This document shows, piece by piece, positions 28,430 through 35,735 of a stretch of DNA of 44,505 bases. The notes under the pieces were generated by a model. It made no database searches and was not told where the DNA came from. It saw nothing but the letters and a program-made list of their open reading frames with translations. Source of the DNA: an uncultured Thermodesulfobacteriota bacterium (GTDB lineage Bacteria; Desulfobacterota; S145-22); NCBI GenBank assembly GCA_964589315.1, contig CAZPTH010000001.1, positions 1-44,505 of the forward strand, written 5' to 3'. The position numbers and the translations under genes were made by a program. Numbering within the stretch: position 1 is the stretch's first letter; every line of letters begins with the position of its first letter.

Positions 28430-29317
28430 TTATTTGAAGTTAACAATTCCTCCAGCCAATTCCACGGCTTCACCCTGGAGATAGATCCCTGTCGCCCAGA
28501 CGATCCCATCCCCACTCAGGGCCGAGGCTACGGCACTTCCGTTTCGCAGGGCTCGCCGTTTCTCCGTCTCATCAAGCAGACCGCATGAAACCGTCACCGG
28601 CACGTCCGGGATGTCTGTCATGGGATCTATTTCAGAAGCCCTTTTTCTCACAACCTTTTTACCACAATCGCACGTGACATGATTCCCGATGTGGGTTGCC
28701 GCGGCATCGGCAATCGCTGCCGAAGGAGCCACCACGACAACGGCATCCGCGAACCCCTGACTGAAGCTCCTGCCCCGCCAGCCACTCGTCGCGACACCGA
28801 AGGGGTTATCCCTCTCCAGGACTTCCAGCTCCCTCATCGGTCCCTTGGCCCCTGCTGTGCCTCGAATTCCCACGCGCACCGGTTCACACGGGGAATAAAG
28901 AGCCATGTCCCCGCCATTGTTCACCAGGATCTTTAACATCTCAGGCCCCATGACCTCCCGCACTTCCAAGAGGATTTCATCGGCAACCGCGCCAGCCACG
29001 GCGGCCATGGGGGTCAAATCTCCTGATACCTTCCGAACCGCTTCGACCATCCTTCGAACCACCCGGGGCCACCGTGCCTTGACCCGCAAATCCCTTCCAG
29101 GCATCCGCAAGACGGGTTGAAACCCCTGGATTTCCCTTAACAGGGCCTTTGCCTTCTCAGGAATTTCCTCCGGGGCCTTCCGTAGCACTTTTTCCTCGCC
29201 TTCAAGCTGGACCCCGATTTCCATGGGGCCATGGGAAACCTGCACATGGGCCACCCTGAATCTCGGGATGTCTCCCGGCAAACCACGACACGGGGTCATA
29301 ACGCTGGAAAAGGTCAC
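28430..29317 (-). CDS. UPF0280 / ApbE-like superfamily protein, cytoplasmic (no signal peptide)
   Basis: Its motifs line up with the canonical ApbE in this same window. PMAAVAGAVADE corresponds to GGIAKGFAVD. VNNGGDMALYS corresponds to INAGGDLYVSG. GVATSGWRGRSFSQG corresponds to AIATSGDYENYF. ADAAATHIGN corresponds to DADALATALF. Confidence 0.7.
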   Translation of the reverse strand: MTFSSVMTPCRGLPGDIPRFRVAHVQVSHGPMEIGVQLEGEEKVLRKAPEEIPEKAKALLREIQGFQPVLRMPGRDLRVKARWPRVVRRMVEAVRKVSGDLTPMAAVAGAVADEILLEVREVMGPEMLKILVNNGGDMALYSPCEPVRVGIRGTAGAKGPMRELEVLERDNPFGVATSGWRGRSFSQGFADAVVVVAPSAAIADAAATHIGNHVTCDCGKKVVRKRASEIDPMTDIPDVPVTVSCGLLDETEKRRALRNGSAVASALSGDGIVWATGIYLQGEAVELAGGIVNFK

Positions 29318-29332
29318 ACCAATACCCCCAGT

Positions 29333-30859
29333 CTACGGCTGGCTTGCCCCGCCCAGCCACTTCATGAGGTCCTCAAGGTCCATCAACGCGTCCACGTACC
29401 CGCCCATTTCCTCGTAATCCTGAAGGGTCATGGTAAATTCGAGGGGTGCCACGGTAGCCGGCGTGGGAACCCAGGAAAAGGCCCCCACCTTGACCTCCGC
29501 CACATCCACCATAAAGGTGATTCCCCCGCCGGGGAAGATAAAGGGCGTGGCTCCACCCACCGTCAGTTTCGCCTTCCTCGCGTGGACGGCTTCGGTCAAT
29601 TTCACAGGATAGAGAACCACACTGACTCGCGCGCTTCCACCACATCCCCCTACGTAGACCGCCGAGACCAGGGAACGCTGGCTCGTCCTTCGAATCTGCT
29701 CCACGGCATGGCGGGCCTTCTCCGTCAACGGGATTTCCTCGAAATCTCTACCTCCCCGCCACCGCACCAGCTTTGCCTTCTGGCCCGTGGTTTCCGTAAA
29801 GAGGATGGTCATTCCCACCTTTCCCCTCTTCGGGTCGATCTCCTTTATCAGGGAAACAGGGTCCGTGATCGATGTCCCCCCCCACCCTTTGCCGTGGTCC
29901 CCGAAATACCTGCCCGGCGTGCTCTTCTGGAATATTAACTGGACGCCGCTGAACGGGATCCCCAGGTATCTTCCGGCGGTATGTTCCGTAAAGACCCCCG
30001 TGACATGGGAATCGATGACAATGACCTCATCGGCCGCGTCCCGGAAATGGGGGGCAAACAGCCCCATGGAGGCGCTTCCGCACCCCACGCGCATCTTCTC
30101 GATGACCCGCCCGTCGATGACGGGGGGATCTCCCACCTTCAACCTCAGCTCCGCACCGTCCTTGACCTTCAGATCGACTTCCTTCCGGTTGGCTATATCG
30201 GCAACCACCCGGGCGACAATGAAGCCATCCTTTCCCGTCAGGAGGTTTGCCCCCCCGAGGGAGAGCATCTTTGACCCATATTCCTCCGTCGTAACATGGC
30301 CGACCTTGTGACGTCCCCGGTAAACCGCGGCGCCTTCCTCCCCGATGACTTCATCCGTATCTATCTTGACCTTGACACCGCTGTAACTCAGGGGGGCCTC
30401 GGTCACGGCCGTAACCACATCCACCCCATCAACCTCTCCCTTCACAATAAAGGGCGCCGGACGGTAATCGGGATAGGTGGTTCCGGCGCCGATGCCGGTA
30501 ATAAGAGGGGTCTGAATCTCCTTCGAACAGAGGGGTTTGAGAAGTCCGGCCACGTCATCAAAGGTATGGAGGCGGGTCGCCCTGACTTTCTGGCCATCTT
30601 TATTGATAAACCTGCGGCACGCGCCCGTCTTTCCCGGCGGTATCCGACATCCAATCGGGCAGGCGTCACACTGGATCGTGCCCTCCGGAAGACGCTCCTC
30701 TTCCGTGATGGCCCCCGCGGGACAAACCTTCACACAGGCCTGGCAGTCGACACATCCCCGCGAAATGGTGGCAATCTTCTCCTGAAGGGAAACGAGTTCC
30801 AGGGGGCAAACCTCGACGCAGAAACCGCACCCTTTGCACTTTTCCGGGTCGATCCTCAC
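29333..30859 (-). CDS. 6-hydroxynicotinate reductase (Hnr)-like iron-sulfur protein
   Basis: 12 Cys in the first 81 residues: CKGCGFCVEVCP, CVDCQACVKVCP (two 4Fe-4S ferredoxin motifs) and CDACPIGCx9C. A C-terminal domain of about 425 aa follows. Family assignment is from memory of Hnr-type annotations plus adjacency to the enamidase homolog. Confidence 0.65.
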   Translation of the reverse strand: MRIDPEKCKGCGFCVEVCPLELVSLQEKIATISRGCVDCQACVKVCPAGAITEEERLPEGTIQCDACPIGCRIPPGKTGACRRFINKDGQKVRATRLHTFDDVAGLLKPLCSKEIQTPLITGIGAGTTYPDYRPAPFIVKGEVDGVDVVTAVTEAPLSYSGVKVKIDTDEVIGEEGAAVYRGRHKVGHVTTEEYGSKMLSLGGANLLTGKDGFIVARVVADIANRKEVDLKVKDGAELRLKVGDPPVIDGRVIEKMRVGCGSASMGLFAPHFRDAADEVIVIDSHVTGVFTEHTAGRYLGIPFSGVQLIFQKSTPGRYFGDHGKGWGGTSITDPVSLIKEIDPKRGKVGMTILFTETTGQKAKLVRWRGGRDFEEIPLTEKARHAVEQIRRTSQRSLVSAVYVGGCGGSARVSVVLYPVKLTEAVHARKAKLTVGGATPFIFPGGGITFMVDVAEVKVGAFSWVPTPATVAPLEFTMTLQDYEEMGGYVDALMDLEDLMKWLGGASQP

Positions 30860-30871
30860 GGGTGCACCCTT

Positions 30872-32023
30872 TTACAGGGTCGCGGCGCGCTTCGGAGGCG
30901 GCGTGTTCCGGCTCTTCTGGACCTTGATCTCCCCGTCAACAATAACCTTGGAAACGCCCGGGATATCCCCTGCGGCAAGGGCGGACAGGGCATCCTCCCC
31001 CACGGATCCCATGGGGGCGTCCATGATGACAAGGTCAGCCGCCTTCCCTGGTTCAATGAAACCGCTGTCCAGCTTGTGGACACGCGCCGTATTCCCCGAT
31101 GCCATACAGACAGCGATCTCGGGCGGGATATCGCCGATGGACGCAATCATGTTCAAGACCCTCAAGATACCCAGGGGGACCACGCCCGTGCCCGATGGAT
31201 GGTCATTGCCGATCACGACACGGTGATAGGCGTTTTTCTCTCGGGTCAGGCGACAGACCTCCAGAATCATCTTGGGATTGCCGCAATGGGAGATCTCGTA
31301 AGTAAGCTCCGTTTCCATTACGATCTTTCGGGCCTCTTCCGGGGAGACCGACGTGGGTCCCCCATTCAGGTGGGAAACCACATCCGGGTTGGTGGCAATA
31401 ACCTGGTCCGCCGTCACGACGGAGCTTCCGGGGATGGAAGTTCCCCCTGTGTGCATCATGACGGTCATCCCGTATTTCTTGGCCCATTTCACCATGGGAG
31501 CTGCCTCTTCCGGTTTCTTGACCTTACCCAGGCCGATTTCACCCACGGTCTTGACCCCTTCCCTCGCCATCTCGGCAAAGTCCTCTTCTGTCAACCCCGG
31601 CTCGAGAATCAGCCCGCCTCCTCGGACCTTCATGCCCCCCGGCCGGAAATTATCAAACGCCTTGGCGGCAAGGATGGCCAGGGCCTTGACCCCGGCGGCG
31701 TCCCTGGGACGTCCCTGGAGATGGACTTCCCCCGCGGAAATCACCTGGGTCACGCCCCCATGCAGTTCACTTTCGAGAAAATCGAGCATCCGCTGACGCG
31801 GCGTGAAATCCCCAAGGACCACGTGACAGTGAGAGTCGATCAGGCCGGGGGTAACGGTGGTTCCCTGCGCGTCCACGATGACATCCACACCCTCTGCCGA
31901 CAGGTTTGACCCCACGGCTTCAATCTTTCCGTCCGATACAAGGATCGAGTCCGCGTCCAGGATCGGATCGGACACATTCCCGGAAACAAGCGTTCCGATA
32001 TTCCGAATAAGCATCTTTCCCAT
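30872..32023 (-). CDS. enamidase-like amidohydrolase (1,4,5,6-tetrahydro-6-oxonicotinate hydrolase homolog)
   Basis: Amidohydrolase metal ligands are present: DSHCHV, MHTGGTSIPGSS, VSHLNGGPT, GNDHPSGTG. The whole-length pattern (IRNIGTLVSG..., TVTPGLIDSH, PRDAAGVKALA, AAGDIPG..., KSRNTPPPKRAA) closely matches the Eubacterium barkeri enamidase as I remember it. Confidence 0.8.
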   Translation of the reverse strand: MGKMLIRNIGTLVSGNVSDPILDADSILVSDGKIEAVGSNLSAEGVDVIVDAQGTTVTPGLIDSHCHVVLGDFTPRQRMLDFLESELHGGVTQVISAGEVHLQGRPRDAAGVKALAILAAKAFDNFRPGGMKVRGGGLILEPGLTEEDFAEMAREGVKTVGEIGLGKVKKPEEAAPMVKWAKKYGMTVMMHTGGTSIPGSSVVTADQVIATNPDVVSHLNGGPTSVSPEEARKIVMETELTYEISHCGNPKMILEVCRLTREKNAYHRVVIGNDHPSGTGVVPLGILRVLNMIASIGDIPPEIAVCMASGNTARVHKLDSGFIEPGKAADLVIMDAPMGSVGEDALSALAAGDIPGVSKVIVDGEIKVQKSRNTPPPKRAATL

Positions 32024-32057
32024 GTCACACCTCCAAGCTGTTTAAGGGTTCAATCTT

Positions 32058-34340
32058 TTACAAGGTTTTATCCTGTTCACTACCCTCTTCCCGGGAAATC
32101 AATCCACGTATCGTCTCCAGGTCGGCCGGAATCCGGTTGACCCAGCAGCCCGTGGCGTTATGAATGGCATTCAGGATGGCCGGGGCCGTTGGAATCAGGG
32201 CTGGCTCCCCTACCCCCTTTGCGCCAAAGGGGCCGGTCGGCTCGGGAACCTCCACGATAACCGGCTTGACCTCCGGGACGTCCATAGCCGTGGGAATGAG
32301 GTAGGTATCGAAGGAATGCGTCTTCCCCGGGAAAAACTGTTCGAACAGCCCCATTCCGATTCCCATGGCAACCCCGCTGAAGATCTGCCCCTCAACATTG
32401 GCGGGGTTGACGGCCTTTCCCACGTCGTGGGCGCTCACGGTCTTCACGACACGGACCTGACCCGTCACCAGATCGGTTTCGACGAGGCTTACCTGCGAGG
32501 CGAAGGCATACGTCGTATAGGGAACCCCCTGCCCCGTCTCCGGGTCGAGGGCGGTCGTCTCCGGGTTGAAGACCCCTTCTCCCCGGAGGGTCTCGCCTGG
32601 CTCAAGCACCCGCTTCACGACCGTCTCGAGAGAGAGTTTCTGGAACTCACGGTACTGTGGAAAGAAAAATCCCCCCTCGCATACCACGAGATTCGCCGGG
32701 ACGCCGAAAAGCCTGGCTGCCCTCTCCGTAAGTTTCTTCCTGACCTCCAAGGCGGCCTCATAGACCGCGCGTCCCGAGATATAGGTCTGCCGGGAGGCGG
32801 AGGTGGCTCCGGCATCCGTCGTCAGGGTTGTATCCGCGCGAACGAGGCGAATCTTCTCGAAGGGGAGGCCAAGGGTCTCCGCCGCGATCTGCACGAGGAC
32901 CGTGTCGGAGCCCTGTCCGATATCCGCGGCCCCGGTGAAAAGGGTCACCGTCCCTTCCGCGTCCACTTCCATCTGGGCACTGGAGGGATTGGGATGCCCT
33001 GTATTTCCAATCCCGTACCACATGGAAGCCACCCCCACGCCATACTTCAGGCCGGACATGCCCGAAATCTGCCTGGCCGCGGCTTCTCGAGACAACTCTT
33101 CGTAATGGGGGCGGATAGCCTTGAGGGTCTCCCGTATGCCCACGCTGGCCTTCAGTGTCTGGCCCGTCGGCGTAACGGATCCCGTCCTGAAGGCGTTCAT
33201 CATGCGAAAGGTAATGGGATCAAACCCAAGGCGATCGGCCAGTTTGTCCATCTGGGACTCGTGGGCAATGGAAATCTGGGGAACCCCAAAGCCACGCATG
33301 GCCCCCGACCAGTTGTTATTCGTGTAAACTGCCCTGCTCACCACGGCTACATTGGGAACCTCGTAAGGCCCCGTGGCGTGGACCGCCGCCCGGGTCGCCA
33401 CCGCGATTCCATAGGATCCGTACGCCCCCGTATCCGCGATAATCTCGGCTTCCATCGCCGTGAGCCTGCCGTCACGCGTTGCCCCCGTCTTCATGCGAAT
33501 CTTCAGGGGATGGCGCTTCGCCGTGGCCTCGAAGGATTCCTCCCGGCTGTAGACCATTCGGACCGGTCGGTCCAGATAATAGGCGGCCAGGGCCAGGAAA
33601 GGCTGCACGGAAATGTCCAGTTTTCCCCCGAATCCGCCCCCGGTCTCCGTCTGGATAACCCGGACCTTTTCCGGAGGCAAACCCAGGATGGAAACCAGCT
33701 GGGCCTGATCCGAGTGGGGGTTCTGCGTGGTCACCAGGATCACCACGCACCCGTCGTCGTCCCGGTAGGCCACCCCCACCTCCGGTTCAATGTAGGCGTG
33801 CTCCAGCATGTTGGTCTCGTACTCTTCCTCGATAACGATATCCGCTTCGGCGAAACCCTTTTCCACATCGCCCTTGACGACCCGCCGTTCGAAGAGGAGG
33901 TTGCCTTTTTCATGAATAGGGGATGCCTCTTGCTTCAGGGCTTCGGTCGGATCAAAAACGGCGGGCAGTGGCTCGATTTCCACCTCAATGGCCTCGAAGG
34001 CGCGCTCCGCGCTCTCCTCATCCTCCGCCGCAACAAGGACGATGGGATCTCCCACGAACCGGACCTTTTCCCCGGCCAGGACCGTCTGATCCCGGTTGAT
34101 GATCCCGTAGAGATTCTCCCCCGGGATGTCTTTCGCAGTAAAAATCCTCACAACCCCCGGGAGGGCTTCCGCCTTTTGAGTGTCTATCCCCCGGATGATT
34201 CCATGGGCTATCGGGCTTCTGTAAACCTTGAGGCTCAAGGCATCCGGGATTTCAAGGTCGGCCGCATACCTGGCCCTTCCCGTCACCTTGTCCCGAATCC
34301 CGACACGCTCAACCCGCTTTCCTACAACCTTGGTAATCAT
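32058..34340 (-). CDS. molybdopterin-binding large subunit of a xanthine-dehydrogenase-family hydroxylase (nicotinate dehydrogenase-like, unsplit)
   Basis: 760 aa. It has the aldehyde oxidase/XDH a/b-hammerhead domain and Moco-binding domains (GGGFGGK, catalytic Glu context GAKGVGEP). No CODH VAYRCSFR loop is present. Confidence 0.9.
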   Translation of the reverse strand: MITKVVGKRVERVGIRDKVTGRARYAADLEIPDALSLKVYRSPIAHGIIRGIDTQKAEALPGVVRIFTAKDIPGENLYGIINRDQTVLAGEKVRFVGDPIVLVAAEDEESAERAFEAIEVEIEPLPAVFDPTEALKQEASPIHEKGNLLFERRVVKGDVEKGFAEADIVIEEEYETNMLEHAYIEPEVGVAYRDDDGCVVILVTTQNPHSDQAQLVSILGLPPEKVRVIQTETGGGFGGKLDISVQPFLALAAYYLDRPVRMVYSREESFEATAKRHPLKIRMKTGATRDGRLTAMEAEIIADTGAYGSYGIAVATRAAVHATGPYEVPNVAVVSRAVYTNNNWSGAMRGFGVPQISIAHESQMDKLADRLGFDPITFRMMNAFRTGSVTPTGQTLKASVGIRETLKAIRPHYEELSREAAARQISGMSGLKYGVGVASMWYGIGNTGHPNPSSAQMEVDAEGTVTLFTGAADIGQGSDTVLVQIAAETLGLPFEKIRLVRADTTLTTDAGATSASRQTYISGRAVYEAALEVRKKLTERAARLFGVPANLVVCEGGFFFPQYREFQKLSLETVVKRVLEPGETLRGEGVFNPETTALDPETGQGVPYTTYAFASQVSLVETDLVTGQVRVVKTVSAHDVGKAVNPANVEGQIFSGVAMGIGMGLFEQFFPGKTHSFDTYLIPTAMDVPEVKPVIVEVPEPTGPFGAKGVGEPALIPTAPAILNAIHNATGCWVNRIPADLETIRGLISREEGSEQDKTL

Positions 34341-34349
34341 TTCAACCCC

Positions 34350-35228
34350 CTACCCTTTTTCGACCGCCAGGCGCACGGCCCGCATGACCAGATCTCCCAC
34401 AACGGGCTTCTTGTAGGCCGTGGAAGACCTCAGGCCGCTCAGCGCAACCATCTGCTCGGCAGCCGCTCGCCCCGCATTTTTGAGGACGGAATCGGAAAAC
34501 GGCTGGCCCTCCAGGGCCTTCTCCGCCTCCGTCATCCTGACCGGACGTGGCGTGGACGACCCCACACAGAGACGCGCCCACTCAAAGACCTCTTTCTGCC
34601 GGTTGTAATAGAGCATGCAGGCGAGATTCATCCGCGCAATGGCCACCGCCCGCCGCCGGGCCAGTTTCAGAAAAACAGACCGACCGGAAGGGGGAGGCAG
34701 AGGGACAATGATCCCCGTTAACAGCTCATCCGGTGAAATCACGGTCTCGTAAGGCCCCTTGAAAAAGTCGGTGACGGGCAGGGTTCGGTCTCCCTCTGGG
34801 CCCGTCAGCGTCAGCCGGGCCTCCAGGATAACCAGGGCCGGGATGGTATCCGCGGCGGGCGAGGCATTCACGATATTTCCCCCCAGGGTTCCAAGATTCC
34901 TGATCTGTGGAGACCCTACCGCCCGTGCCGCTTCCGAAAGCACGCCCACATATTCCCGAACCAGGTCGGAGGCCGCCAGCATGGCATGAGTCACCATGGG
35001 CCCGATTCGGATCTCGTTTCCCATCCGCTCAATCCGCGTAAGGGAGGAAATGCGTGAAACATCCACGACCAGGTCCGGAACGACGGCCTTTTCCCGAAGC
35101 TGTACCATCAGGTCGGTTCCCCCCGCCAGAACCCTGGCTTTCTTTCCCTGTTCCGTGGCAAGGTGGAGGGCTTCCACGGCCTCTCGAACCGTCTTCGGCA
35201 TCAGGTATCGAAATTCGGGATAGCTCAT
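34350..35228 (-). CDS. FAD-binding medium subunit of the molybdenum hydroxylase (CoxM/XdhB/NdhF-like)
   Basis: VLAGGTDLMVQL and GTLGGNIVNASPAADT (FAD_binding_5), plus a CO-dehydrogenase flavoprotein C-terminal domain. It has only 2 Cys, so there is no extra FeS insertion. A 4-nt ATGA overlap links it to the upstream gene. Confidence 0.88.
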   Translation of the reverse strand: MSYPEFRYLMPKTVREAVEALHLATEQGKKARVLAGGTDLMVQLREKAVVPDLVVDVSRISSLTRIERMGNEIRIGPMVTHAMLAASDLVREYVGVLSEAARAVGSPQIRNLGTLGGNIVNASPAADTIPALVILEARLTLTGPEGDRTLPVTDFFKGPYETVISPDELLTGIIVPLPPPSGRSVFLKLARRRAVAIARMNLACMLYYNRQKEVFEWARLCVGSSTPRPVRMTEAEKALEGQPFSDSVLKNAGRAAAEQMVALSGLRSSTAYKKPVVGDLVMRAVRLAVEKG

Positions 35229-35725
35229 GATCCTTCCTCCATTCCCCGTTCTGCCACTGATTCGATGGCGTCCACGATCTGCTGATATCCCGTGCAGCGG
35301 CAGAGGTTCCCGGCAATCCCCTCTCGAATCTCCAGCCGTGTGGGATGGGGGTTTTCATCCAGCAGGGCCTTTGCTGACAGAATCATTCCGGGCGTGCAGA
35401 ATCCGCACTGAACGGCACCATGGGCGATAAAGGCCTCCTGGAGGGGATGGAGGCGTTCCCCGTCTTCAAGCCCTTCAATCGTGGTAATCGTTGCCCCATC
35501 CATCTTTGGAGCCAGGACCATGCAGGCATTGACTGCCTTTCCATTCATAATGACGGTACAGGCGCCGCACTCGCCGATTCCGCACCCCTCTTTGACCCCC
35601 GTGAGATGCAGGTCTTCCCGTAAAATGGAAAGCATGGTCCGGTTGGCCGGTGTCCTCAGAACAATCGAGGCCCCGTTGACCACCATTGAGATTTCAACGA
35701 TTTCTTCACCCAGTTTTTCTTCCAT
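35225..35725 (-). CDS. [2Fe-2S]-binding small subunit of the molybdenum hydroxylase (CoxS/NdhS-like)
   Basis: Cluster motifs: GCGIGECGACTV and CGFCTPGMIL...NLCRCTGY. Confidence 0.92.
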   Translation of the reverse strand: MEEKLGEEIVEISMVVNGASIVLRTPANRTMLSILREDLHLTGVKEGCGIGECGACTVIMNGKAVNACMVLAPKMDGATITTIEGLEDGERLHPLQEAFIAHGAVQCGFCTPGMILSAKALLDENPHPTRLEIREGIAGNLCRCTGYQQIVDAIESVAERGMEEGS

Positions 35726-35735
35726 TGTTAACCCC

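Noticed and set aside
30296-31909. 537-aa plus-strand ORF
   Set aside because: It lies antisense to the Hnr-like and enamidase genes. It has the same compositional artefact and spans a gene junction of the real operon.
32160-34721. 853-aa plus-strand ORF, the longest in the track
   Set aside because: It lies antisense to the Moco and FAD subunit genes. It is R/G/P/H-rich with no domain signature. The minus-strand genes have clear family motifs and operon-like spacing.
32058-35725. Alternative readings of the Mo enzyme as CO dehydrogenase or 4-hydroxybenzoyl-CoA reductase
   Set aside because: The large subunit lacks the CODH active-site loop (VAYRCSFR type). The FAD subunit has only two Cys and no Cys-rich FeS insertion of the kind found in the HcrB-type subunit.
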